Shown here: one piece after another, positions 26,826 to 41,105 of the stretch
Numbering within the stretch: position 1 is the first letter of the stretch
Layout: the number at the start of each line of letters is the position of its first letter
NCBI GenBank assembly: GCA_951406725.2
Contig: OX597824.1
Location: 22,630,001-22,694,000, forward strand
Source: Octopus vulgaris
Lineage: Eukaryota
Reading direction: 5' to 3'
Length of the DNA: 64,000 nt
The notes under the pieces: model-generated
Told to the model about the DNA's origin: nothing
The model's database searches: none
Seen by the model: only the letters and a program-made list of their open reading frames with translations
Program-made: the position numbers and the translations under genes

Positions 26826-27024
26826 TATACAATGTAGCCAACTAATACAGGGCGTGATTTGAGGATGATTTGGCTGCTATTTCTAGCGTTTAATTCATGT
26901 AGAGGCTCACTTGATAGTTCGAATATACTGTCCGGAAGGAAGTAAAACGGGAGCAAAGACTTTACCGCTTCCTCTGTCAATCTATCATTTATTTTCTTCA
27001 CAGACACAACATACACACACAACC

Positions 27025-27055
<31 letters not shown>

Positions 27056-27076
27056 GTGTCTCTCTCTCTCAATTCA

Positions 27077-27112
<36 letters not shown>

Positions 27113-27691
27113 CATTCTCTTTCCGCAACACTTCTCTGTAAGTACTTCTTTCTCACTTTCATTTGGCTGCTTCATTTAATCAAGTAAACCGCCTCTCTAG
27201 ATTTTCACACGTACATACACCGTCTTTCTGAAGGAGACGACACGAAGGATGTAGATGTACCTCGGAAGCAAAAAATATATGTAATTGAAATAAGAAAGCG
27301 AAAGGGATAAGCAAAAGTAAAAAGACAAAAAGAGAAACAGTAAAAGAAAATAAAACCCAACAAGTGTCAAGACAAGATGTTAAGGGGGAGAAGAAGAAAA
27401 GAAAAGCGGGAGAAAAATAAGGAAAGAGGAAGACGAAATGAAATGAAGGGTGAAGGTGAGAAAGAGGACAGACTGGAGAAGTCTTGGAAGAGTTCAACAC
27501 TGAAGTGACTGTAGGGGAGAAGGCAATGGAAGGGAATATAAAATAGGGATAAGGAGAATAAATTGACTTGCTTGATATTATCTCCTCTTCTCTAAGAGTG
27601 TCGCTCACAATTACTGCCAGGTGGTCATTTGTTACTTTTTTTCCTTCTTTCTTTTTTGTTTAATTAAGAGAGAAATTTCAGTGATTGTAAA

Positions 27692-27985
27692 TCTTTTACT
27701 TGTCTCAGTCATTGGACTGCGGCCGTGCTAAGGCGCCGTCTTGAAGAGTTTTATAGGTGAACAGATCGAGCCCAGTACTTACTTATTCTGGTACTTATTA
27801 TATCGGTGTTTTGTACCGAACCGCTAAGTTATGGAGACGTAAACAAACCAACAGATAAGTACTAGGCTTACAAAGAATAAGTCCTGGGGTCGATTTGCTC
27901 GACTAAAAAGTTGGTGCTCCAGCATGGCCGCAGTCAAAATGACTGAAACAAATAAAAGAATACTAAAATAATAAAGGAATAAAAG
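27692..27985. mobile_element. Two SINE A 3' halves in inverted arrangement
   Basis: Minus-strand tail 27692-27850 abuts plus-strand tail 27853-27985. Confidence 0.75.
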
Positions 27986-28047
27986 AATATTAACCAAGTG
28001 GCTTTACGCTATTGAAGCTAGTTTTATTATTATTATTATTTTTAACT

Positions 28048-28640
28048 GAAGGCGGCTAGCAGGCAGAAATGGCTACAATGCTTCGCTGAATTTCTTGCGG
28101 CCTTACGTTTTGAGTTCAAGTTCTGCCGAGCTCGTCTTTGCTTTTCATCCTTTCGGAGCCAATAAATTCAGTACCAGCTGAGCACTGGGGCTGGCAGAAT
28201 CGTTAGCGCTCGCCGGGCGAAATGCTTAGCGGTATTTCGTCTGCAGTTACGTTGTGAGTTCAAATTCCGCCGAGGTCGACTTTACCTTTCATCCTTTCGG
28301 GGTCGATAAATTAAGTACCAGTTACGCACTGGGGTCGATGTAATCGACTGAATACCTATGTCTGTCCTTGTTTGTCCCCTCTATGTTTAGCCCCTTGTGG
28401 GTAATAAAGAAATAGGTATTTCGTCTGCCGTTACGTTGTGAGTTCAAATTCCGCCGAGGTCGACTTTACCTTTCATCCTTTCGGGGTCGATTAAATAAGT
28501 ACCAGTTACGCACTGGGGTCGATGTAATCGACTGAATACCTATGTCTGTCCTTGTTTGTCCCCTCTATGTTTAGCCCCTTGTGGGGTAGTAAAGAAATAG
28601 GTAGATGCAGTCAGCTAATCTCCTCCCACAAAAGGATTAT
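28048..28640 (+). mobile_element. Young two-unit SINE B (~28190-28600) nested in an older SINE B
   Basis: Old copy breaks after GAGCACTGGGG and resumes as GTAGATGCAGTCAGCTAATCTCC; the two ~185-bp units are near-identical. Confidence 0.85.
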
Positions 28641-29172
28641 TATTTTTAATTCAGATTAAAAAAACTAGGAAAGAAATGAGGTTGGATAAAACTAGAAACA
28701 GTAGGAAGATAAAGACAGGAATAGATGGAGAGGCAGGTGATGGGGAAAGAGTAGAAAAAGACAAGGATGGATGAAGAGAGAGAGAGGAGGATAATTTTAG
28801 CCTAATGAAACTAGGGAAGATAGAAGAGAAAAAACGGGTGGTATTGCGGAGGTGTAGATAAGACAGGAAGGATGGATACAGTGAGAGGTGATGATAAGAA
28901 GGAACAAAAGAAGGAAAGAGGGGAAAAAAAACCGAAAACCAAGAATAGATGTCTAGTTTTGAATAGTCACGCATCAAGTGTATAATATATATTTATTTAC
29001 CAAGCCTCTGATCAACAACTGGTGGTGTGGACGTGTTTGGCGGTAGATACAGTGAAGATGTGGGTTATATTAGGAGGTTGTGTGCGACGGAGCCGCTGGT
29101 GGCTGTGCAGTAGCGGGAAGTGGGATGTGGTAGCTGTTGTGGTGATAATGATTGATGGAGCGGTGATAGTGA

Positions 29173-29204
<32 letters not shown>

Positions 29205-29809
29205 TGGTGGTGTTAGTGGTAGTAGAAGAGTAGGGGGCGATGGTATGTCATACTCATGTGATGGAGCAAATGATGACGAAGATGGGAGAAGAAGAAATGA
29301 CAACGAGAGCTGCTGGAATTATACAGGGTACTCCGGATAGTTGAAGGGTAAATAAGTTTATTGTTCGTGTAGTAGTAAGCTTGGGAATTCTGACAAGCAG
29401 ACTTAAATAGAAAAGGTGTTGCCCCAGAGGATGGCGAGGTGGATGTACTGCAGCAGCTGCCCTGGCTGACGGGGGATCGCATTTGCGGTTAGCCATCCCC
29501 GCCCCGATCACGGTCCAGGGACCGAGAACGCCAGAGGTCTTTACTGTCATGGTAAGGGATAAGGGGACAGAGAATGTTGTTGGTTAGCCCTCTCAGTGGC
29601 CCTTAAATTAAGCAGACCGATTATAACTGAAGAGATTCCGAGTGTGGTACGTTGACAGAAACGTTAGCACGCAGGACAAAATTCTTAAAGGCATTCTTCC
29701 GACTTGACGTTCTGTGTTCAAATTCCGCCGAGATCAACCTTGCCCTGGATCAATAAAATAAGACCCTTTCTCCAAAATTTCACGCCTTGTGTCTTTAAGA
29801 GAAAGCATT

Positions 29810-30225
29810 AGGGCGGCGAGCTGGCAGACACGTTAGCGCGCCGGGTGAAATGCGTAGCCGTATTTTGTCTGTCGTTACGTTCTGAGTTCAAATTCCGCCG
29901 AGGTCGACTTTGCCTTTCGTCCTTTCGGGGTCGATAAATTAAGTACCAGTTACGCACTGGGGTCGATATAATCGACTTAATCCGTTTGTCTGTCCTTGTT
30001 TGTCCTCTCTGTGTTTAGCCCCCTTGTGGGTAGTAAAGAAATAGGTATTTCGTCTGTCGTTACGTTCTGAGTTCAAATTCCGCCGAGGTCGACTTTGCCT
30101 TTCGTCCTTTCGGGGTCGATAAATTAAGTACCAGTTTCGCACTGGGATCGATGTTATCGACTTAATCCGTTTGTCTGTCCTTGTTTGTCCCCTCTATGTT
30201 TAGCCCCTTGTGGGCAATAAAGACA
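29810..30225 (+). mobile_element. SINE family B, two-unit young copy
   Basis: GGCGGCGAGCTGGCAGA head, two near-identical units, CpGs intact. Confidence 0.95.
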
Positions 30226-30790
30226 TATATCAGACATTATTAGAGATTCCAGTTGTGATTATCCCGTCTTCTCTTTTAGTTTTTCCTTTTCTTTTCTTTT
30301 AATTTCTAAGCATAGTTCACCCACGATTCCCATTAATCAGTGTGTCCAGGAATTATTTTAATTTTAACTGTTCATTTATTTTGTCAAGCGAACAAGTCAA
30401 GTAACCACAAAAAGGCTCACGCGTTTTATGATGATGATGATGGTGGTGGATCTAGGTCAGATAGTAGCGAAGAAGAGAGTTGAGAGATTAAGTTGAAATC
30501 TTTTTCTAAGATGTCAAAAGGCAAATTAAAAGTAAATAAATGTTTGGAAGAATGAGTGATGAATGAGAGACGTTATAAACGAAGGATCTGTCTGTGTGAA
30601 TGTGTGTGTGTGTGTGTGTATGTAAGAAGGAAAGAGAAGGAGGGACAGAGAAAAGCGAAAGGGACTCTGAAATAGCTTGACCTACAAAACCCACAGCGAT
30701 AAACTGTTGGTGAGGAGGGGTGGGCGGAATACGAACGGCAGGATGGAGTGAGTGATGGATGAAACCAGGAGACTATCAGATCGGTGAAGA

Positions 30791-30878
30791 GAAAGTTGAC
30801 AGTTTAACAAAATAAATAAATATACGTGACCCGCGAAAGTTGACAGTTAACAAAACAAAATAAATACACATGACCCGC
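30791..30878. repeat. ~44-bp tandem dimer
   Basis: GAAAGTTGACAGTT(T)AACAAAA..AATAAATA.AC.TGACCCGC occurs twice. Confidence 0.85.
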
Positions 30879-31109
30879 CTTCCCAGGTCACGGATCTTCA
30901 AATACGCGCTGGTCAATTCTGTAAGTATTAAGGAGTGGGGGTGAGAAGTATCAAGCCATCGACGGATTTCATGTCAATATGGGAACCTCAACGTGCTAGA
31001 AATAATAAGCATTTTCCCATGAAATCACACCGCAAATATCATTTCTAACACAAGCACAAGGTCACAAATTTGAGAGATAAGGCTAATTTTATTAATTTTT
31101 TTTTACTTG

Positions 31110-31305
31110 TAGGCCTGAAATTTTAGTGGGGCAGACTAGTCGATTATATCAACCCCAGTGCTCAACTGGTATTTATTTCATCGGCTCCAAAAGAATAAAA
31201 GGCAATGTCGACCTCGGTGGAATTTGAACTCGGAACGTAAAGACGAACGACATGCCACTTAGCATTTTGTCCAACGTGCTAACGGTTCTGCCAGCTTGCC
31301 GCCTT
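31110..31305 (-). mobile_element. SINE family B monomer (old-type tail), followed by a more diverged copy
   Basis: Core and head match family B. Confidence 0.85.
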
Positions 31306-32294
31306 TACTAACCTATTAAATCGATCTAAATACTCGATCTAAACATTGATGCCGGAAGAAAGAAAGGTAAAGTTGGTCTCAGGAGGATTTGAACTCACAT
31401 CGTAAATAGCCGGAACAAATACCGTAAGTCATTATCCGAAACGGTAACGATTCCGCTAAAGGACTCATTTGTTGAATAATAATAGTCCTAAATACACACC
31501 AAAAAAAGGCATAACGGTCATGGATGGCCTGCCTGACTGGAGATGAAACGACAAAGCCACAACATATGCTACGAATCTCGTGTCTACATCTGGTTTAAAT
31601 TAAACCAAATTGTTTAGACTACTTCGAAAAGATAGTGTCTCTCTGTGGTCGCTCGAGCAACCAAAATTATCAGCCAAATCTTCTCCAAACCACGCTCTAT
31701 CATCTTAGAAAAGAAAGGACACTCTGAACGATATACTCCCACCTAGACCATCCCTACACAAGTGTGCCCCCCTCCACTACGACCTTGTTCATGGTAATGT
31801 ACTTAGTGAAATTTTATACAAATATATTTTTAATGGTGTAAATTCCGATTATATTGAAATAATGAGCGCTCACACAATTTGTTTTCAAAATTTTGAGTTT
31901 CATAATGTAAATATTATACGTGATGAGTGTCATTAATTATCACTGAACGTCCAATAATGTTTTTTTCTTTACACATTAAATTCCGATATAATCGCACTCT
32001 ACACCATCTGTTGAGCATTTCATTAAAGACATCCATTTTCTGGATCGTTTTAGATTTTTTTCTGTTTGGCAGCACATTTTGAAATTTAAAACTTGGGTGA
32101 AAATTTTCAAATTTGGTGTACTGGTGTAATTTTTCACGCCGAATCTCAGAGTCTAATTCACTTGTTACAGAAAAAAAAAAATTTAAGAAAAGTTACAGAG
32201 GTTTAAAGTTTGTTAATTTTTACCCAGTCAGAAAACAGGATTTGGAAGCTATCATTTTGTGCGTGACTACAATCGTAAGACGAGAAAACAATTA

Positions 32295-32652
32295 TTCTTT
32301 TATTCGTTTCAGTCATTTTGACTGCGGCCATGCTGGAGCACCGCCTTTAGTCGAACAAATCGACCTCAGGACTTATTCTTTGTAAGCCTAGTACTTATTC
32401 TATGCGAACCGCTAAGTTATGGGGACGTAAACACACCAGCATTGATGTCAAGCACACACACACACACACACATATATATAAATGTATATATATATACATA
32501 TATACGACGGGCTTCTTCCAATTTCTGTCTACCAAATCCACTCACAAGGTTTTGGTCGGCCCGAGGCTATAGTAGAAGACACTTGCCCAAGGTGCCACAC
32601 AGTGGGACTGAACCATGTGATTGGTTAGCAAGCTACTTACCACACAGTCACT
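32295..32652 (-). mobile_element. SINE family A
   Basis: Reverse complement of family A with small deletions. Confidence 0.9.
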
Positions 32653-33350
32653 CAACGTTGCAACGATAGCAGGTTTTTTTTTTTTAAGCATTTCATAAGC
32701 GAAAAAGGACCGAAAACGAGTAAACAACACATATTTTGTAGTAGTTTTAAGAGAAAAAACCAAAAAAAAAAAAAACTAAGCAAATGAAAGTTACGAGGGA
32801 ACAAAGTCGAGCTCTTCCGAGATTAGAACACGTGTGTCTGAAAAGCAGACTAGATCGTAAGTGGTGGAACGTATTTCTGATCATCGGTCTGCTAGATCAG
32901 AATCGTTTTCGTGCTAAACAACGATATCAGTAGCAACAGCTGCAGCAGCAGTGACTTGGTGTAAATATGTTCGGCATTTAATCCTAAAATGTTTGATTTA
33001 GTTCTATTTGTTTATTTTTCAACAACGGCGATAAAAAAAAACATCCGGTAGTTTTAATCTGTGTACAAGGTTTGACGACATTTTAGAAGACAGTTCAAAT
33101 GCGGTTTAAGAATTTCTTCGTTCGAAAGAAGACCGGCACTTGGTCGAACATTTGCGGAAGCGGTGGAGAAAATTTAGTTTAGAAATATCATACTATCGGA
33201 CAATCTAACAAGCGTCAGATAGAAGGCCTTGCAGTATCTGTTCCGACTCTCTGGTCTGAGTTCAAATTCTGCCCAGGTTAACTTGACCTTTCATCCTTTT
33301 ATCACTACCACCACCATCATCATTATCAACAACAACAACTACAAATCCTG

Positions 33351-33497
33351 GGATCTTTTCGGTTTGAACGGCAGTTTTTTCTAGCGGTGTCATATGAAAT
33401 TGTCACCCATAGTTATGACCCTAGTATCGATCTATTGCATTTCAATCTGTTTTAGGGTTAGGGGTGGGGTAAGAGTATTTTCAAACCGAAAAGATCC
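33351..33497. mobile_element. MITE family E, internally deleted, TSD AAATCCTG
   Basis: Both GGATC termini and a perfect 8-bp TSD. Confidence 0.95.
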
Positions 33498-33793
33498 AAA
33501 TCCTGGACACGACTGTATGAAGCCCCAGAACTCATAAGGTTACCTAGTTTCCACGGTGTATAAGCGACCGAGATCACATTGCCTCCTCCTGAACGGGACA
33601 CCGGTCCGTCGCAGGGTTACAAACAACTGAATGGACTGAAGCAGCGAAGCTAGAGTGTGAGCCGCCCGGGACAGGCATTGAGTTTACCGTCCCTTATCCG
33701 GGACCCCGTTATACAGCAGACCCAAAAGTGCTGCTTCCATAAAATCATCGCACGGGGAAGATTGCCACCTCTACGCTATATATAAAGAAATAA

Positions 33794-34198
33794 AAGGCGG
33801 CGAGCTGGCAGAGTCGTTAGCACGCCGGGCGAAATGCTTAGCGGGTATACGTAGCCGTATTTCGTCTGCCGCTACGTTCTGAGTTCAAATTCAGCCGAGG
33901 TCGACTTTGCCTTTCATCCTTTTGAGGTCGATAAATTAAGTACCAGCTACGCACTGGAGTCGATGTAATCGACCTAATCCGTTTGTCTGTCCCCTCTGTG
34001 TTTAGCCCCTTGTGGGTAGTAAAGAAATAGGTATTTCGTCTGCCGTTACGTTCTGAGTTCAAATTTCGCCGAGGTCGATTTTGCCTTTCATCCTTTCGGG
34101 GTCGATACATTAAGTACCAGCTGCATACTGGGTTGATCTAATCGATTGACCTCCCACTCACCAAAAATTTCGGGCCTTGTGCCTAGAGTAGAAAAGAA
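33794..34198 (+). mobile_element. SINE family B, two-unit hybrid
   Basis: Unit 1 has the young tail, unit 2 the old tail (GGCCTTGTGCCTAGAGTAGAAAAG). Confidence 0.9.
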
Positions 34199-34675
34199 TC
34201 AAGCCTGCACCGATCTCGGTTAAATGATTAAAAAAAAAAAAAATAAATAAAAAAAAAAACGAAAATATTTTTCATTCAATGAATCTTTTCCGATACGGTT
34301 TGCCGCAGGTGATTAAATATAGAACTGAATATTTAACATCCGTGTTTTCTTGTTTTTTTCAAGGGTACCTATTGATTTCTTTAACAATTTTATTATTCGC
34401 GTATCGCTTACATGTACTGCAACAAGTACAGGTCGAAGAGCTAACAAAAAAAAAAAAATACAGACCTCATCTCTACAAATCGACAATAGAGCGGGGGTGG
34501 GGTGGTGGAATTCTAATTACTTTTGTAACTCACGAATTCGAAAATTAAAGCTGCGTGTTTTTTTGTCTTTTTTCTTTTCTTTCGTGCACCGAAAGGCCTG
34601 CAAATTTCTCCCGCCTTTCAAACTGTAATCAATCTATTCCTCCCCACCACACACACACACACACACACACACACA

Positions 34676-34854
34676 CCAAATTGCTGGCCTTGTGCCTAAA
34701 CTTGAAAGTAGTTGTATACTACCTCTTGTAAGCATCGTCGGTTAGGCTGTTAGATGCTCCTCTTTTTTAACACCGCCATTAGGTCCTTGGGTGTCTTCAG
34801 TAGAGTTTATTTCTGTTGCAAACATTTGTAGTACCCGATCCAGCCCCACCACTC

Positions 34855-34902
<48 letters not shown>

Positions 34903-34927
34903 ACGCGCGCAAACACACACATATCTC

Positions 34928-34960
<33 letters not shown>

Positions 34961-35938
34961 TTTCTTTTTGGTCCCCTGCCAAAAGGATCTCTCCACCAAT
35001 ACGGGTGGAATCCTCCTACGTACTATTTCTCAACCAAGATGGTTCCTTTGTACGCAACACTCCTATTGATGAAACTTTCACGTTTCATAACCACTTTGCT
35101 TTTTTGATCGAACGTTCCACAACAAATCACTTGACCGGATATGTAAAATATATATTCGATATTCGTTGCGATAACGATGATGACGACGACGGCGACGACA
35201 ATAGTACCATTCTACAGCAGAAGTAGTCGAACAGATTGGTGGTTAGTGAACTATCGATTTTTTTCCCTCCAACATCACGTTATGAGCTCGTGACCACTAC
35301 ACTGAATTCTCTAAGAGCGCAGGCCACCTAGCTGTAAACTGTTCAGGCGCGGTCGCAGGAATTTTTCGAAGAGAGGGCATAAAGTCAGAAGGGAATATAA
35401 CAGGGACAAAAGAGCGTAATGATATTAGTTAGAAGGCCGCACTTCTTTTCTTGAGTGGAGTACGTGCCCCTCAGCCCTTCACCTTCGGGTCCGCCCCTGT
35501 CGTTCCTATAGAGCGTGTCGGTGGAAAAGAGTAACAGCTTTTCAACACCACCAACAGCTCTGGTTCGAGTCACAGGCAGTCTTGTGCATGCGGTTATCCA
35601 GTATGTGCAACGATTCATTTCACGTCCATATTATTTCGTCGAACTGTTGTTGGCTTGCTTTTCTGTGGAAGAACGAACAGCTCCTATGATTTCATAAAAC
35701 CGAAGCGGTTGACACCCAACCCGAACGATGTCTTGCAGGGCAGATAAAAACGAAGATTGGAGTGGTGGGGCAGAATCAGGTAACACCAAATGTTTGCAAT
35801 AGAATAAACTCTCCTGAAGATACCCAAGGACCTAATGGCGGTGTTAAAAAAGAGGAGCATTTAACAGCCTGACCGACGATGCTTACAAGAGGTATCATAC
35901 AACTGCTTTCAAGTTTAGGCACAAGGCCAGCAATTTTG
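34676..35938. repeat. ~180-bp inverted repeat (34676-34856 / 35759-35938) with ~900-bp spacer
   Basis: Arms are reverse complements with scattered mismatches. Confidence 0.9.
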
Positions 35939-36329
35939 GGGGAGGAATAGATTGCTTACATCGACCCCAGTGTTCAACTGGTACATATTTTATCGACTAC
36001 GAAAGGATGAAAGGCAAAATCGACCTCGGCGGAATTTGAAGTCAGAACGTAAAGACGGACGAAATGTCGCTAAGCTTTATACCCAGCGCGCTAACGAATC
36101 TTATTTCTTTACTGCCTACAAGGGGCTAAACATAGAGGGGACAAACAAGGACAGACAAAGGAATTAAGTCGATTACATCGAACCCAGTAACTGGTACTTA
36201 TTTAATCGACCTCGAAAGGACGAAAGGCAAAATCGACCTCGGCGGAATTTGAACTCGGAACGTAGCGGCAGACGAAATACCGCCAAGATTCAGCCCGGCA
36301 TGCTAACGTTCCTGCCAGCTCACTGCCTT
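35908..36329 (-). mobile_element. SINE family B, two-unit hybrid
   Basis: Two cores with two different tails. Confidence 0.9.
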
Positions 36330-36857
36330 AAGATAGCATACTATTTATTGAAGAAACCCATGTACCAAATGGTGCATGGTGTTAAACAGCAGAGCCACAT
36401 GTTATGCAATATACTGCGCATTAATAAATAAAATTGCTTGCACAGAATCTCGTGTGCTGGCTCGTATGTAGCATATTTTTTTTTATTTGGAGCGTGTGAG
36501 GAAAGTAGAGAGAGAGAGACAGGAAGAGAGTATGTGTGTGAATGTGCGTATGTGTATATATTGATGGATGTGCGCATGTGTGTACATCAATATGGCGCAT
36601 ATGCAGACGAAACGTGATGTGTTAGGGACCGAGGGATGAAAATACACTTTCACACCGTCTCTCTCTACCAACCTATCTCCTTATTTATATATTTCTGCGT
36701 GTGAGTTGTTTGTTTATGCTTTTATTTCGAGTTCCATCAACTTATCTGGACCATCCTGTCTTCCTCTCAACACAAGTATGTCGTATAATTATTGTTGAGG
36801 TTAACCGAGCTAAAAACCACAAAAAAAGAGATAAACACGGAAACGTATAAACACGCC

Positions 36858-38337
<1,480 letters not shown>

Positions 38338-38348
38338 TTACAGAAAAA

Positions 38349-39200
38349 CTATTGTTTTACCGTGAGAAAAGCGCTGTAGACGTGTTAAGTGAAATTTGGC
38401 AATCGAGGATCGAATCCACGCTATGCCTGCATGAAGCAACTACAAATACGTTGTGGAAAAAAAATGTATCTACTGTCATGGAAAAGTGTAACTGTAAAAA
38501 TGCAGAATTATCGGAGTAATGTGCATTCAAAAAGTATGTATGTATAGAAATGTATGAATGAAGTCTTTAAGGTTTAAGATTCAAATTCAGGAAGTGCAAT
38601 AATAATGTTTAGCAGTTCAAAACTGAGAAGCGAAATGCAGAATTAGGTCGGCTGATCGAGGGAATCAAATATTGATCGCTTCGTTAAAAACTGCAGGTAG
38701 TATGGATTATTTCTGGAATCAAAAATTTATGTACTGTCATCGGAAACGTTTAATTGGAAAAATGCAGAATTATCGGAGTTATGGGCATTGAAAGTGTACA
38801 TGCATCAAGAAAGGGCAATAATAAGGTTTAGCAGTTGAAAACTGTGAGTAGTGAAATGCAGAATTATGTCCGCTGATCGTTGGTTCAAATGTTGATCGCT
38901 TCGTTAAAAACTAACAACTGTAAATGCAGGTGCTATGGGTTATTTCACTTGAGTGTTAAAAAAATATTGTGTAGGTGCTATGGGTTATTTCCCCAGGGTG
39001 TTTAAAAAAATAGCTATATAAGGTAGATATAAAGATCTCTTCCAGGGGCCGTATTATCGATTTTTTTCAACAATCTAAGTATGTCACAAGATTTCCAGAC
39101 ATTAGTTCTACTCACGTATCAAGTTTCATCAAAATAAATAAAACGATGTAGGAGGAGTTAACTACATAAACAAATACACACTGATTTTCTAGATATGTAG
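38349..39200 (-). mobile_element. Helitron-like non-autonomous element with internal ~260-bp tandem repeat
   Basis: Minus 5' end CTACATATCTAGAAAATCAGTGTGTATTTGTTT..AACTCCTCCTAC..TTTTGATGAAACTT is similar to the 52305 element. Duplicated units at ~38471 and ~38732. Confidence 0.5.
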
Positions 39201-39431
39201 TGTGTATATATATATATATACATATATATACATACACACACATTTATATAAACACATATATATATATACATACAAACACACAGACACTCATACATATATA
39301 TACACACATAAATACGTACATACATATATGCACATATATACATATGTATGTACGTACGTACTTATGTGACTGTGTGTACATGTACATATAAATATATACA
39401 AGTCATACATATATACATACATCCCAGCGCA

Positions 39432-39480
<49 letters not shown>

Positions 39481-39771
39481 ACAGGGACTACAAACTGGAT
39501 AAAAGAACTAACTGAATAATATTTAGATGTTATTTTATTCTTTAACTTCATACATTTGGCTGGTTGTAGCCATGCTATAACAACCGTCTTTAAGAATATG
39601 CCAACCTTCAGATGGCGAAACGCAAAACTGAGTAAATAAAATATATTTCGATATTTCTTGCCAGGAAACCAAGTATCAAAGGAATCTAACATATCTGACT
39701 GTTTGTCTCGTCCATCCGTACGTACATCCCTCCCTCCATCTGAACGTACATACATACACATATACATACGT

Positions 39772-39999
39772 ACAGCATTCACCAATTTAAACAAGGAGAC
39801 CGTCTAGAGGAGTTGCAGGAGATTCCGAAGTCGCCTGGAGACCGTGGTTGAAGCCAATGACGATTTTACTGAATAAATTTATTCTTTAGTATTTCAAGAT
39901 ATTTTTATGTAATTTCCGTGAATATACCTTTTCAAATCAGATCTCAATGTTATTTTCGTTTTTGCGTAATTTAGACGACAGTTTATTCACCGCACCCTG
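39772..39999 (+). mobile_element. Tc1/mariner (maT-like) 3' end
   Basis: TAFTNLNKETV*RSCRRFRSRLETVVEANDDFTE* is a typical transposase C-terminus, followed by TIR ..CACCCTG. Confidence 0.8.
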
Positions 40000-40001
40000 A
40001 T

Positions 40002-40032
<31 letters not shown>

Positions 40033-40735
40033 ATACATATACACACACATACATACTCACACACAGATACACATACATAGTCTGGGGAACATCGAATCGG
40101 TTGTAGGTGGTCAGCATGTGTGTGTGTATACAGTCAGCGCTCCTCCTACAGTAATAAGAATATTTGAACTCCTATTTCTAGCAATGTAGGTGCTTCGGCA
40201 TCCTTAGTGACACTGAGTGTCGATTGAATCTTCCATTGAATCCGTTGGTGTCAACAACACTAAAATAAGTGTTGTTTGGAAACAAACATACCAAAGAAAC
40301 CACAACCCCCAAACACATTTACCCTATGTACAACCGTATCAGTAAATAAATTCAATAAGTAAATTTACAACCAAATCCTAAATACGCAACTAAACAGCGA
40401 CCAATCCTTTAAGTCATATACAAAAATTATATTCCCTACTTAAAGCGGAAGCTTAATAACCACATTCATTCAATCAATAAAATTATAGGCAGGATTAAAT
40501 ACTAACTTTAATAAAACTACAACAAAGAATTACATAAACCAATGTACATCGTATCGGTATTAATAGTAAATCTGCGATAACTAAATCATATGCTAAATAG
40601 CGACCAATCTTTAAGTCCATATAAATAATAATCCCACCAGTCTTCCATAGTTACTACGATAATAAAAAAAAAAGTTAAAGCTTTATATAAATCTCTCCAA
40701 AACAAAACAAACACGATTGAGTTTAATTTAACTAA

Positions 40736-41105
40736 TCTCTCTATATATAAACGGCAAAATGTCTGTGTGCGTGTCCTTTATACAAATCCACAGTTTTTCA
40801 ATTAGAGGGGCTGGCACTTTCTATGGTCATTCAAAACCGTCTAAGGGTGGTCGTGCACATCTTTACATTTCCCCAGTCACCCCGCAAAGCCATTAAAAAA
40901 TCAATAGAAGTGATTTTTTTGTGAAATTTCTATCCAAAACCCAATCAAAATGCCCGAAACTTGATACGCCAATTGAATGCCAGCTAGCTGTATGGTGATT
41001 GGTTGGAGATTTGGACAGTACTCGCGTGTATGTGTGCACGCACTCAGGTGTATATGCATGCATGCACTAGCACTATGACCCTGCGTTGCCGGGTCATAGT
41101 GCTAG
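40736..41105 (+). mobile_element. Non-autonomous Helitron
   Basis: A|TCTCTCTATATATAAACGGCA start; CTAG|T end; terminal hairpin. Confidence 0.85.

Noticed and set aside
31735-32270. AT-rich DNA-transposon-like fragments (also 15930-16290, 41636-42167, 55845-56530)
   Set aside because: They look repetitive in style, but I could not establish paired TIRs or TSDs, so they are not called.
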